This document shows, piece after piece, positions 1 through 15,500 of a stretch of 64,000 nucleotides of DNA. The position numbers were made by a program, and so were the translations under genes. Every line of letters starts with the position of its first letter. The stretch's first letter is position 1. This DNA is from Balanoglossus misakiensis (lineage: Eukaryota > Animalia > Hemichordata). The notes below the pieces were generated by a model. It did not search any database and had not been told where the DNA came from. It was given only the letters and a program-made list of their open reading frames with translations. The stretch covers positions 4,294,735 through 4,358,734 of the forward strand of contig CM082592.2 in NCBI GenBank assembly GCA_040954595.2, read 5' to 3'.

Positions 1-219
1 GTTTATTTTAATATTAAATATGCAGTATTATATTTTCATCAATATCTGTGACATCATCAGATACAGTGTACATGGGTTATGTGTAACATGTACATACTTT
101 GGAAAGGACTTGACAGGTTTCACCTTTTCAGCTTTTAATGTTTAAGTCTACACGCAAAAAGAGTTGCCTGAACAACTTGAGTGAACTTCACCAATAGACT
201 TCCAATATTTTGATTGCAG

Positions 220-452
220 CAGAGGAGTTCCTATGAGTGGTACATACCAAAGGGAATTCTCAAGACAGGTTGGATGAATAAGCATTTGAATTTAGTGCCA
301 GCACTGGTGGTCATCTTCTTTGATCTTGACTGGGACGAAGCGCTGTGGAAGGAGAAACAGATGGAGTGTGCATCCAGAGTTGAGGTGGTCAGGTAAGATG
401 TGCTTGATTAAGGTGATTACGTTGATGTTGTTGTTGTTGGTGGTGGTGGTGG

Positions 453-505
<53 letters not shown>

Positions 506-518
506 TTGGTGGTGGTGG

Positions 519-567
<49 letters not shown>

Positions 568-3500
568 GATAGCATGATTCTTCAGACAATGGTCACTCTG
601 TCGTCTGTGATCATCATCCAGTGAGATATGAAATATGAAATCAAATATGGAAAACTCAGACATACATATTAGTGTACATTTTATACGAATGTAAATTTAC
701 TCCCCCACATCTTGCAAACATGTTTAACGAGAGTTTTGATTGATGTTGTTCTGTATTTCAGACATAGCCTGTCGGCAAGAGGCACCAAAGTAGCTGTTGT
801 GCTCATACAGAAAAATGCACCACTCCCACCAGGTGACTGTGCAATTTATTTGACAAATATATCTACCAGTACCACTGTGCTAAATTCAGGAGAAATCTAC
901 AGTAAAATGTAGAAACAGACTTGTGTTATCTGAGAACACATACTCAAGCATGCGAGTGGCTGGTGTGGTACTGTAAAACGGGTTATATTCCCGAGCAATA
1001 AATTTTCGAGAAATATGCGAGAGCCAAGAAAATGTGAAAATAAAATGTCACGTAAAATGTTTTTCGCGAAAATTTCCTGTTGCGAAAATAACCCGTTTTA
1101 CAGTATAGAGTACCATCAGGAAACTTTTTGCAACGCCGTTCCTTGCATGGGACATCCTGAGTCCGTGCTCTCCAGAAACAGGTGTATTCTTGTGTGGCAC
1201 CCCACTCAGCTTTGAGAGAGTACCGTATGTTCTGACTTAGACTTACTCTGCTACCATGTTTACAATCATGTACTATTGTGTTGCATCTCCACATCCCAGG
1301 TGAAGATATGGTGGCAGCAGAAAGAGCAGCAGCTCTCTGCAGTGCCTGTGACCTCTCTGCCAAGTCGCTGTTTGTCTTGCCGCACACTGATCATCTGTTT
1401 GGCTATACGATCAGGTAAAGTTCAGTTGTCACATCCTTGTCTTTGCTGTATCGAGTAACAATAGTGTGGATTCTATGACGCACTCTTTCGTGTTCATGTA
1501 ACAAGTTTGTTTTTACACTATGATCAATCTTTGAAAATGTGAAAAAAATATTTGTATTGCAATTTATATAACCAGGAATGTCAACCAACCAGAGGAATAC
1601 ATCTGTTTTGCAGACGTGTTTTAATTTATATTTTTTGAAAAATGCATATTTATGAACAGATGAATTTTTAAAAATGTTAAGTGTATTTCTATTTTATCAT
1701 CTTTTGGCCATTGACTTCTTGACTGGGAAATAAGATGGAAGAGTTAATCTCAAATCTTGCGAAAATGGATTTTTTTCCACTTCAGGTTAGAGAATGCATT
1801 TTATGAGTTGGCACAGAGCTACTACCACACCGAAGCAAGGAGAGTAAAAGCACACAAAGAATTCCTGAATAAAACAACTCACCAGGTAAATATGATCACT
1901 TGGCAGTCTGAAAACTCGCCAACTATAAGTGTGCTGTCAGTCTATGTGTATGTGTGTGAGGAAAAATCTGAACATACTTACTGGTGACCAGTCGGGTATA
2001 CAATGTAGATTTTCTGTGCATGCATATACACTCATGTACAAGGTATTAGGCTGATAGGGTTACGAGAAGACTCATTAAAGATACACGGTAACCTATGGAA
2101 ATTAAACAAAAACTACATTGAGATCGAGCCAATGACAGATTTGATACTGTAATCCTATATAATATTGTCATTGTTTCAGTTACTGTTTGTGAGACATGCG
2201 TTCAAGATAGCCTTTTTCAATGAACTCAAACAGGATACCCACACAGCGTTGAAGTAAGTCAAATTTAATTTGGCACGTGTCCATGAAACTTTGATTGACC
2301 TGTAATTTATACTGTGAAATTGTGTCAGCGAGTTTTCTGATCTAACTATTAAGATTAGTTCTGACACAAGTTCTGTACATGATGAATGATTCTGCTCAAG
2401 TCCTCTCATGTGAATGAATACTCAAGTGACCATATGTATAGTATATACACTATACATACTTCGTAGCATTGGTACCTTCTGTGTTGTGGGTTTTGCACAC
2501 CACGCTTTATTTCTGACCTCACACATGTTCTTGTACTGTCAGTACTAATGGCAGATTAGCTACAAATCTCTCATATGTTGTTCATACGTTGAATTGTAGA
2601 GGGTACAAGGCGGCCTATGCGTACATCAGCGAACTGCGAACCCATGACACCAACATGCTGGAAATCAAGACCATTTCTGGCTTCATTAACTACAAGGTAA
2701 GTACTGTTAAAAAAAGACTAGTAACTGTAACGTAAAAACAAATCTCTCCCCTCAGTTGTCTGATTATCATGCATTGCTTTGCATTTAGAAAAAGCTTGTA
2801 ATACACCACATTTTCTGGTACATGTCCTTGCATCAAGTTGTGTATGTATCTTCTAGTATATCACATTGTTAATTCTGGTTTCTGGTTTTTCTGTAAGATA
2901 CAACAGCATTCCCATTCAAGAGGAAACATACACCTAAACAGAATGCAGGTTTAGAAAAGTGCAAAACTATGAGATATTAGCCTTTCACCCCCAGTTCTCT
3001 CTTTAGAGGTCCTACCTTACCATTGAAAACAATGGATTTGGACTGAACCATGGCGGTGAAAGGGATCAAAGCCAGTGATCTGTACTCATAGATTGTCTGA
3101 ATGACATCATTGTCTCTCTTTCAGATTTGTAAGCTCTCATTCCAACACAACGCACCACTGGATGCCATCTCTCAGTTCAGAAAGCACGTGGATTACTACA
3201 AGAACAAGACAGGCTGTGCTGAGTTGGCTTTTGAACATTCGGCGTGGATGTGTAAACAGTAAGTGCTTTTAAATTCACAGGCTAAATTTCTTTTTTTTCA
3301 GGAAAAGATGTAGTAATAATTGATGATATACAAAAGGACGTATGGATGTCTCAAAACCTGTTCTGCCTCTGTAAATTGTATTGGCACTCTGACCAAAATG
3401 TTGACATTGGCTATATTACTTATTTTTTATATAAACAAAGACTTTTCCATGTAACGTGTGTTAACAAGGGAGTGTATGACATCTTCCTCTCTTTAATTTC

Positions 3501-6500
3501 TAGTAGCTTTTTCTCAGTTTGCCATTTTGACAGGTTTCTTATTCAGGACAAATCATTTTACATGTATACGAATTAATCTTCACGTCAAAACTTCTTATGC
3601 TGCTATTGTTATATGGGCCGATGGCCTTGGAACCAACCAACCAACCACATATACCAAAAATAATTATTCAGGACAGAAAACAAGTCAGTTATTTACAGGA
3701 AAAGTGATTCAATCCCAAGACACTCCTGTTTGTATGTTTTCACTTAATATGCAAATCATTCAACTGTTCCACACACAATAACTTGAATCAATACCTGAAA
3801 TATTGATTCACTTCACAATTTGATACATCTCGTACATGATTCAGATTTCAGATATTTGGTGATCTCTTTGACGAGGCGATCCGAGTCGGCCTGAATGCCA
3901 TCCAAACACAACATCCTGGATTCTACTACCAACAAGCGGCGAATCACGCCATCAACAGGAAACAGCTGTGTAGAGGATTATGTCATGTAAGATACTCTTA
4001 GATAATAACACAGGGTTCTCCACCTGAAATTTCTGATGCAGTATTGGATAATTCCAACAATAATACACGTACAATTAATTATTTTGATAATTGGTTTACA
4101 TAATTGTTTATTAAAATTGAAAAAAATGGTCAGTACTCTCTTTAATTGATTTTAGGTGAAAACTGACAAAATCATAAATGTTACGTTTTGCATAAAGGAC
4201 TTTGACTATGCAAACTGCTCAAATATAAAGTAATGTTGTATTTGATCTTGTGTCATGAAATGGTCCAAAGTTTATTGGCTAGTGAATGGGTGGAAAATAT
4301 GAAAGCAATAGAATAGTAGGAAATATACTTTGCTGTATTTCTGTACTTGCACATGTAGCAAACAACAAAATTTTAAATAAAATTATTGATTTTACACAGT
4401 AATGTTACTCTTACTGATTTCACATGATGAGATAGGGTTGATGTGATATTGTAATTGATTTGATTTGATAGTGACAATGAAATGATTCTCCCCACAGTCG
4501 GCTACCAGCATGCCCGATCCAAATCCTTTGGAAGATGCAGACAAGTTGGAGTATTTTGGGCAACGACCTTGGCGTCAAGGTCACCAGAGCATCGATCCTC
4601 CTGACCCGGCCAAGGAGAAGGAAGGGATTCAGGCACTGCAGCATCAAGAGGTCAAAGTTGATCACTCGGTGAGTATTAAAGATATAATCATTGATGCGGT
4701 GTGTGGGTTTCCAGTCACTTTCATACACATTGGGTTCCTCCGAACTCACCATATCACCACCATGTGCTTGAACTTGTACATACTGATTGGCTTAATTGAC
4801 CAGTTGCTGGAAAAAAAACACTTCTTGGCTATCACAGCAAGAACAGTTGACTGTTGGTAGGCCATGTTTACCAATAATAATATGTTATGAAACCAGGCAT
4901 CTTATTCCTTTTCATTTCAGTGGATCATTATTCCATTGCTCAGCAGTGCGGTGGCCCAGTTCAAGAAATACAAGTCGGCCAGAATGAAGAGATATCTGAG
5001 TGAGTATGCAGCAATGGATTTGTGTGAATGTAGCATTTGGTTTATTGCTGGCATTGGCCCATTAGGTGTTGAATGATGCTCGGCCCATACAACAGCAATG
5101 AGGAAATATCACAAAAATGCAAACACTGTTGATTTATGAGATAGAAGAGAATTTTTTTTTTACTTTGTTTGCAGTGGTTCAGATGGGAGAGGAATATTAC
5201 CACGCGAAGGACTACAACAAAGGGCTGACGTGAGTTTTTCTGTCTCATTCATTATAGATTCCTATGATTTGTCGACATTGAAATCTTGTGAAAAAAATAT
5301 GCACTTTGAATGTCAGTTTGTTCTATTTTTGGTCAACATTTTATAAAAACTTTCTTTCAAACCTCACATACAGTAGTCAACTGATGTTGTCACGTGCCGA
5401 CAGTGCATTCATTGTGTTCTTATGTCGGGACAGATTTTGTGGGTCTAAATTATTGCGTGAATCTCAGATCGACAATAAAAAAATAAATAAGTGAAAACCC
5501 ATTGATTGGCATTTTTAAAGCAATTACAAATTTTATTCATCATAGGTGTGAAATATTTCAAACCATTCTTCGTCTGACCTCATTTTCATTCTGACTCACA
5601 GGTTATTAGATCGTGTTACCTGGGACTACAGAAACGAAAGATGGTGGGCTCTGCTGACGTCGATACTCACACTGTCACTCAGGTAATCCCATGTCAAAGT
5701 TCAAAGGTCATGAATTCTGTAGTGTCCACTGTCAAGATACTTTGCATCATAACTTGAACTCAACATAGTTTTAATGTGATAATAAGTTACATGTACTAGT
5801 AAACACAACAAGAACAACATGAATGGTAGTACAGCGTTGTTTGTTCGTATGAATTTATTTACGCTATTAAACACAAAATAAAATGTCTTTGTCATTTTCT
5901 AAGCTTTGAAGTCCAAGCCACCACTATACTGGTTTCACTTTGCTGTAAATCTGTATTCACTGTTAGTTTCTGTGATATTAATATTTCAATGTTATCTTGT
6001 TTATTACAGATGTGCTTACCTCGTTGCCAGTATTCAAGAATACGTGACCATCTCTTTGGAGCTCATCGGCAGGTGTATCCTTTGTCAATGCCAGGTGCAT
6101 TTATAATTTACTATGCAGATGGGTTTGGGTATCTGAGTATGTATCAAAGTCTAATGGCATGATTTGTTAATATAGGAGAAAATTCAATACAGCTAAATTA
6201 TTGCTGTAGCCATGCAATAGTTGACTTTAACCAAACACTTAGATGCCAGAATTTCAGCAGAGGACAAAACTCACATACAGATGAACCTGATCAGAGTCAT
6301 GTCTGTAAGTTATTATTTAAAATTATGCTATCTTTTTTACAAAGCATTATGTATTTGGCATCAAGTTGATATTGATTACTGTTTTAAAAAATATTTTGAT
6401 AGTACATTTGTACATGTATACATCAAAATTCTCAATGGTAAATCTTTTTTTCACTTTATCCTTTTAAATTCCCAGCTTTCATCATGTGTCCTTATTGTTA

Positions 6501-9500
6501 AAAATAACTAGCAACAGTTGCTCTATTTCATTGAAATGTCTCTTTATTCAGATGAGCTTTACAAGTCCCCAAAAATTACATTTTAAGAAAAAACAAACAC
6601 AACCAAATCAGCTCTAGTAAATATGAACAAGTGCGCACTTTTTTAAATCCAACCATCTTTATTCCTTTGTTGCCAGAGTAACTCTCCGGAACCTGAGGCT
6701 GGTTGTCCTGCCGACAGTGTTGAGCAAGCCAAACATCATTGGAAGGAGAGAATGGCCAATGAGGACCCAGTGATATTTACTGTACAGATGCAAAACATAG
6801 TTCCATTTGGTAAGTCTGATGTACAGTGTGTTAGTATTGTTGTTGTCCCGTCAGTGCAAGAAAGTTTACCTTCGCCCTGCATAGAAAACAAGGGTGATGT
6901 CAATGTTTACATTGGATTGATTGATTGATTAATTAATTAATAAATTCATTCATTTCAGTGGAATGCAAGGCAAGATTCTCAAGTTCAAAGTCAACGGCAG
7001 ATTCACCAGTGGTGCTGGAGGTCTATCTCAGGTATCTTGCTTCAATTCCAGTGGAATTTTTTATCATTTCATTTAAAGATAACATCATGGTGTGCTGATG
7101 CATAGTGTGCTGATGGATCTTGTTGACTCTCGCTGTCATGTTTTTTCATCGCAGAGCCCTCTGCCAGTTCCCCATACGTTTCTCCAAACTGTCGGCGTTG
7201 CTCAGCAACACCACGTACAACGAATACTGCACGCTGAGTGACGGCAAAGGAAGCAGCAACCTGTCGGCTCCGTTATCGCCGACTGAACATCACGGGGATC
7301 TGTACCTAACGCCCGGGCAAGTCCGGATCTACACTTTCCAGTTCGTCCCGCTGCCGGAAGATGTGGGAAAGAAAATAGAGGCAAGTAGTAAACTAAAAAT
7401 AACTAAAAATTTGCTCAGTTGATTATTCTATACCATGAAAAGTTAAAATGAAGTCAGTTCAAATTTTGATAAGACATGTAAATTTTCATGAGCAATATAA
7501 CCTCATTGAAATTAGCCAATCACTAATCGTTTCTTGAAGTATCTACATTACAGTGCCTATGTACTATATGACAGCTAGCTGTAACACATTACTCATTAAC
7601 AGTGTTATGAGACACCCTTTCTGATTGGCTCTATAGCATTTTTACTGAAACTGTACATAAACCCCAGGATGTTACCCAGAAAGTCTGCTAAATCAACCAC
7701 AGCTTGTTATCAATAATGCACAAAGCAGTTGATGCAGGAAAGACTGTAGTTTATGACGATGTACATGTAAATCAGTGTAAAATAATTGTATGTTGTCACA
7801 GGTGAAATCTGTAGCACTCACCCTTGGTAATGAAGACAGCTGCTGTGCCATCTTGCACTGGTCGGGCGCGGGTGGTGACGCTGCGTCTCTTACCAACATC
7901 CAAGAGCACGTGACGAAACGTAGAGGTCAACCTAAGCATGGAGAATTGGATTGGAATTTCATCAATATGGACCCTTCCATCAGGTGAGGAGTTTGTTTGT
8001 ATGATTATTTTTTTCATCTTCCATTCTAGGAGTTCGATGAATCATGGGCAGAAATGTTAGTTTTTTCAGTAATGTCTCCACCATTTTTATCTGCGCAGAA
8101 TTAATCATGGGAAATGCGGTTTGACCCTATGACCTAATATTAAAGTAATATGAAATAATCTTCACCAAGGATTTTAATCTCCAATGGAAGTCACAGGGTC
8201 AAACATTTTCGTTCCTATGAGTCAAATAAAGTGATTTCAAAGAAGCCTTTCAAAGGCTTTTCAACAGATTTTGAAAGGTCATGCAGTGGATAGTTGCTAA
8301 AAATGACCATCCCCAGCTGACACAGTTGAAATTTCTTGCATGTCACGATCAGTATTCTGCAGTTACTAATAGTGCTTTGGTAAGGTTTGCTATAAAATTG
8401 GCATTGAATTTGGAAATCATTTACTAGATTGCTGGGGAAGAGTATCGGGGAAATCCAGTGAAATTAAAAAGTGACTGGCAATTGCGGATTGTATTAACCA
8501 GCTTTAATACCACCCTTGAAAACACTTCTCCCCTTGTTAAATCATGTTTTTCTATGTGCAATGTCTTCTGCAGTATCATACCCAGACAGAGTAAGATGGA
8601 CATACAACTGTACCACAATCCACCCACCCTGATGAACGAATTCTACTGCATCAATGTGGTTGTCACAAACAATGAAGACTCTGCCATAGACAATGTCAGG
8701 TGAGTTGATCAGGGAGGGAAATTAGACATCCGAAAATTGAGTTTATCAAGCTCACTTGTTTGAAAAATATAGTGTAGCTACCTTGTGTATTGATAAGAAG
8801 CAGTTTCTTAAAAGTCTCAAGATTTTGGTTACTGGTTTATACTATACTATCTGTCAGTATAATAATCTCTCTTATCATTATTCAAATGGAACTATATAAT
8901 ACAAGGAATAAAAGCAGTCTGATTGATAACATCACATTATATACTGATTGAAAAACCACAAAATGATACCATTCCTTTAGTAATTTCCAGAGATATTTAG
9001 GAACACTGGTGTGCCAAGTGTTAACACTGTCTTGGTAATTCGTGAGAGCTGTTCTCATTGAAACTGTGGTTAAATTTATTTTGATTTTTTTCAGTATTTC
9101 ATGTGGACTCAAAGAAGGCCAGGATATGTTAGAATCATCCAGTAAGTAAAAAACTACCTGTACATGTACTTTATTCCTAATACCAGAACTTGTACCATTG
9201 TAACCTGTGCTGTACAGCTTTGAAGCGATATTATTATTAGCCAGTTTTGTGCATATGCTGCCATCCTATCACACCGGCTTAGTTTCAACTCCATGAGCTC
9301 CTCTTAATTTCTCTGTGGAGAATCGATATACAATCCCTGAAAAAAAGAATAGCAGTGAACCCCTCCCCAAACCCTAGTTCTTCTCTGTAGTCATTTCTAT
9401 TTTCCTTGTCTGGCGCTTCAGCTCAAGTCTACCTTGGAGAGGATTCGCTGGGAGTGACTGGGCCACCAAGGATTAGAAATGTCAGTCTTGGAACTTTGGA

Positions 9501-12500
9501 AGCCAAAGGAAAGGTAAATGTGAATGAGCTGTACCAGTGCTTTGTCAGATGTTACCTTAAAAGGAGCAGTGTCACTTTGCCATGGGTTTTGTTAAATGTG
9601 GGATATACATGTACAGTGTACAATCTTAGATACATGAATGATCACCATTGATAATTAGTCATCATCATTAAATTTCAATACATACATATAACAAGACTAA
9701 TTAATAATATTTCTGTTTGGATTTGAAACAGGTGGAGAAGAAATTGTACATAAGAGCCCTGCAGACAGGAAACCGTCTGATGTCAATAAGAACCATCTAC
9801 CAGGTCAAGATCAATGTCAGGCACAACCAGCAAGTTTCACCTGTTCTCTGTACTTGCTTCAAGGTTAGCAGAAAAGGGACTTATTCTTTATGTAATTGAT
9901 TCGTACACTACTTTGACAAGAGATGGATTTCTTACGACAATGGTTTGGTCCAGTTCCATTGTGTTTGAATAGGGAATGGGGGAGAGCACTGGGGGTAGTT
10001 GGGGGTAACCTGTGTCATGTCTTTGAACATTTGTGTCTTGTGCTTTTTGTTCTTTGTTCTACTTCCTAAAGCATGTTGTTTTTTGTGATACTGTCAGCCG
10101 TAGTCGAAAAAGGGACAGCATGTCTCTGATGCATCGAATTACATTTCTGAAAATATTATTCTCAAAATCATTTGTTGCCCCTTTAATCATCAGGAAGTGA
10201 TTGTAACATTTTAAACAAGTATGCATCAAGTTTGAGTTGTTTTTGCACATTTTACTTCAATCATTTGAGTGATCAAATTTAAACCCATCAGAATTTTGTC
10301 TTTTGTATATTGTAAATTGAATTAAATGAAAGTAAATTTAATGATTTTTTTGTATCTTTTTTCGCAGGAAGAAACCATTCAGGTGGAGACTGTAATGCCA
10401 TATGATGTCTCTATCAAACTTGCATCACTGAAGGTACATATTGATCTTGATTTTGTCTTCTGTTTCCTTTCCTGAAATATTTTCCAGTGTGCGCATAGAA
10501 TATGCCTCTCACTCACCTTGTGCACTGGATGCCTTGTGGTAACCAATAAAAATCAGCACTTGTCACTAACTGTTATTTTTTCTTCTCCGCTTTTTGTTTC
10601 GTCATCAGTTTGAGACAATAGAGCATGTGCACTCAGACGAGCCATTCCTGCTGATGACGGACATCAAGTGTACGTCGCCATGGCCAATCACCATAGAAAC
10701 CAGTCATCTGTCCCTGGTCAGTATTCCATGTTTTTGCCAGTCTTGCGTGTGGTCGTCTGGTTGTGAGTGTTTGTGTGTCTGATAGATTGATTTATTACAG
10801 GCATGGATGGATGGGCAGCCAGACTGGTGTGTAGGTTGGTGTTGGACGGATGGTTGGACGGATGGTTGGATGGATGGATGAATGAATGAATGAATGAATG
10901 AATGAATGAATGGATGGATGGATGGATGGATGGATGGATGGATGGATGGATGGATGGATGATAAAAATGAAAAAAAATTAAATATATTTATGAGAATTAA
11001 AAAGAAAGTCTATGTAAATTGTAATATTTAATTGGAAAAAAATATTTATTGACTCAAAGTCAATTGATAGGTGTCATTGTCAAGACAATTTTATTCAGTT
11101 ATTATATACCAGATATAGGACTAATTTACAGAAATTTTAGCAATATGAAAACTGTTTATCATTGAACCACATTAAGCTCCTTTTGAGTTTCTGATGTCAT
11201 TAATAGGTAATGATTTTGCTATATATTCGAGAAAATGATTCTAAAATTGGTCAAGTTCAGACAATGAATGGGCATAACTGTTCATTTCATATCAATGTTG
11301 TTATCAACAGTGCAAAAAATAATACATGAAAATAAAAATACAACACACTAAAAAGATACAATGTAATAATATGAAAATTTACATTAAGCTTTATATGATA
11401 TAACTGAATAATTTCTGATTTGAATACACTGAACAAGTTTGCATTAAAGAAGAATAATTCTCTGAAATACATTCAAACATGGTTTATACAGTTTTATGCT
11501 CTCATGAATGCTATCATGTGATTATTATTTTAATGGACATTTTTTTTTTTAACTTTTAAATTTTCTGGTCAAACTCATTCTTGAATACCTCTAAATATAT
11601 GTCCTGGATATTGTCTGGATTATAAGAGAGTTAGTTAACATTAATCTGGTGTGTATAAAACTATGAAATACTGAATACAAACAATAGCTATACAACTTAA
11701 ACCACTAGCTACCTGAAATACAAATTGAAACCACTATAACTGAAAAACAAATTTCCCATGTAAAAAATCTTCAGTAAAAATGGAAAAAACTGAAATACAA
11801 AATGATGGTATTTAATTTGAAGAGGGAAAATAATGCAAAAGATACAGTTACTGAGGATAACAGTGGTGTTAATTTTTTTTTTACGATAAAATTCATCTTT
11901 CATAAATTTAAATCTATAGTTTTTCATTTAGTGAAAACTAAAGAATAATTGAATACACTACCAATAAATGAAAAGTGTTTTAATATTTACATCGAAGTGG
12001 GTTAGTAGACCAATAACAGAACAGCATCTGGTGTGAATTCATCAAAACAAAAACACAAGTCACTATTGGTTCAGTGTTGGGACACACTCAACCAATGGCA
12101 AACAAGCAACTGAAATTTTTGTTGCAGTAAAGAAAATTCTCATAAATGTTAACAGTGCATAAAAAATACAGTTATATTTCTGTTGCTTAGACTTGCTGAA
12201 ATTTAGATTTTACATTTATGAAAATCTTGGGCGAAATGTCAAAAAAACATGAAGTGTTAAAGATAGATAATGAATACTTTGAATCTGTATCACTAATTCA
12301 TATGCACCATTGGATTGTAAAACATCAAATCTCAAGTTGTGAGTTATTTTAACCACAGTGCAATTTTGAGTCACCTAAACACCAAATAATGTATAACAGG
12401 TTGTGTGAAATTACTCGGTAACTCTGTGAGTACGCCAGTTTTGGGAGTGACTCATGGAAAGGAATTCCAATCCAAAGTTGGTCATGTTTGGGATCATAGT

Positions 12501-15500
12501 CTGATTCACCTTGTGATGTTTTCAGTTTCACTGTACAAACACTTTGATGCAGTGGTTGTCTCTATCAGCTACAACCACCCTGCAAGGTACATCATCTGTC
12601 AGTGCCAAACCAATGGCATAGAACAGACTTTCACCATATGTATTTACACAACAAACAAACTTGCCTCCACTCTCAAACTTCAGTATGCTGCCACCAGCAC
12701 TAACATACACATATTTATCATTTCCAATGCCTATTCCCCTGGGGTTATTCTTCTGACCACCCTCACCCTGACAATCAAAGGAATACAAATACTGGTCGTC
12801 TGAATTGAAGACCTGGATACGCTGGTTTGAGAAGTCTGCAACAAATACCATCCCATCATTTCCCACTTGTATTCCCCAGGGCAAACGGAATTCCCCCTGA
12901 CCTTTACCATGTGACCCAAATGACCTTATGTACCTGCCCTGCTGTGTGTAAATCCTCACACAATACCCACTGAAGACGTACTCTGTCACATAGACATTAC
13001 CATTGACAGGGCTGATAGATATCCCATATGGATTCTTGAGCTCCTTTTGACCAAAGCACCTGATGACATGTCCGTTCTCATCACTAACAACCACTTGCTT
13101 ATTCTTATCATCTAAACTATGGTATTCATTGTTCTTTGAAATGGCTATGTCACATGGAGTGAAAGGCTCCTCAAAGCCTGTAAATGTTAAGACTTTCTTG
13201 AGCCTGCCCTCTATGGTGGTTACTTGTAATCTGTTATTGTCAGTGTCAGCAGTGACAATGTCTTTGTCTTTGTTTATGGCCACGCTGTGGGGTTTATTGT
13301 ACTGTCCCTCATCACTTCCTTGTTTGCCGATGGTTCTCAGCAATCCTTTTTTAAAAGGTATGCTGACAGGAGACCCTGGTATTGCCTGATCTCCTATTGT
13401 CAAGGAAACTTGATATTTACCGTCCATTTGTCCGGTCACTGTCAATCTGTGTGTGCCATCTCCGTTGTCAGATACTTTGATGTCTTCCTGTGAAGCATCA
13501 GGTTTTCTTACCTTGGCTTTCACCGGTTGTTTGGGGATGACTTGTTTTCCTGTGAGGTCTCGGGTTGTGACCAGTAGGTCTACAGAATCACCTTTGATTT
13601 GTTGTTCTGGAACATTTCCAACCGTGCACTTTGAGATACATATGTCAGATTTCAGTAATCCCAGAATTCCCTGCTCACTGAAGTCGCTCTTTGGTTCAAA
13701 TACAACTTCTTCATACTCTGCCTGTGGTTTAGTCGCCATGGTGATAAGTCGACTGATATGAGATTCTGTGTCACTTTTGGTGGAGAGAAGTTGTGCAGCG
13801 TTCCCATGATGCATCAGTGTTTCCACATAACTGCAAGTGCTTTTGATGTTGCCAACTTTTAATTCCAACTCGTCGATGTCTGCAGCTGCTGTTTTTATTT
13901 TTACTTTGTAGTTTCCATTCAACTCATCTACCAATCTCTGCTCTTCTCTCTTGATTTTGTTGATGATTTTCTCTGCGTGCATTCTCACCTTCCTTTCTTC
14001 TTTCTTACAATGCTCTGTAAGATCACTGTGTATCTGCTTGGCTAGGCTTTTGTTCTTTTCAGCTTCCTGTTCTTTCACTTTCAGTTTGTCAACCATGGCT
14101 TTCAAATTCTTACGATACTCATCTGCTGCGTCTTTCAAGTCTCTGTGCACATGTTCTGGTATGCGGTGTTTGACTATTGTACAGTTTGAACAGACAGGCA
14201 CCTGGCAGGTTTCACAGTAGAATTCAATTTTGTTCTCATTATGAACACTGCAGTATTCCACCGCTTGTAGTGTAACAGGACTGGTTGACTGTGCTGTCTT
14301 GAATTCTTCAATGGTCATAAGCTTGTGTGTCCGTGTGGCCGGTAGAATTCCGTGTGCCTTGACACAAACGTTGCAGAGATGTCTGCATTCCACGCACCAG
14401 TGAGTGGATGCATTCTCTCCACATGCTTGGCACTTGATCTCAGCCCCCTTCTCAGCATCCAGTCGTTGCTTGAACAAGTCCGTCAAATTTGACATGAAGA
14501 AATTGGACTTGATTCCGCGAACTCCGCCTTCGGGAAGTGAGTATCGCTGTCTGCATTCCGGACAGGTGACGGATCTCGCCTTCCCAGCCAGAGTGACCAA
14601 ACACGGCTCACAGAATGTGTGCAGACATGGTAGAACTTTCGGAGATTTGAACAGCTCCAGACAGATGGTACAAGAGAGGAATTCCTCACTGACTTTCTGT
14701 ACGAGTTTACCTTCAGTGGCAGCCGCCATTCTGTACGTCTATCCTCACAGAGAGAAAACAGAAAATGTTGGTAGTGTGGCTCCTTAGCTTGCCTTTGTTT
14801 AGACACATGATGTCATGTGCTTGTATGTGTTCTGTAGATCAGTGTGTATGATATGCAAATAGTGTGACAATTCTGACTGATGTAGGGAGTACACATTTGA
14901 CCACTGAGTGCCTGGGTACACGATTGTGGGTGTGTGTTTGATGTCCGCTCACCTGATCTGAGGTCAGAGAAAGGTTATCTCCAAAACAATAGACTAAATA
15001 TAATAAATTGCCTGCATGGGTGTGGGACTATTTGCCCTGTCAACTATTATGTTGATAACAATTTTGTTGCTATCAACTGAAATGTTGATAACAATTGTCA
15101 CATGTAAAAATTATAAATCTGTACCGTAAATTCTATATTTATTTGAAGTGGAGTCTGGTTTTGGTGAAGGCTGGCAAACAGTGGTCTCAATTGTTTCAAA
15201 CAATGAACAAAAATATGATTTGTGCTACCGTGTAGTTCTGCTTACTTGAACAGGATGAATGTGTGTGTAAGGTTCAAAGTGTACATAGAGAGAAAAAAAC
15301 TTTGTTTGACCAATTTAACTAAATTGAAACTAATTTTTTGTGGAATACAGTTTTGTAGGAAGAAAACTTGTACTCTATATAAAATTCCCCACGCCTGGTA
15401 TAATCGGCATTAAAATCGTGTTTCTTCTCAATATAAATTTCTGTACTGAGATTTCTGTCAAATGATCAAAGAATTTTGTTTATTCTAGTGGTTTCTGAGA

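Noticed and set aside
292-663. Poly-His, poly-Met and poly-Ile ORFs
   Set aside because: Translations of an intronic (GAT)n microsatellite.
7032-7154. GTATCTTG donor resembling a U12 site
   Set aside because: Mismatches the U12 consensus, has a normal polypyrimidine acceptor and no clear U12 branch point.
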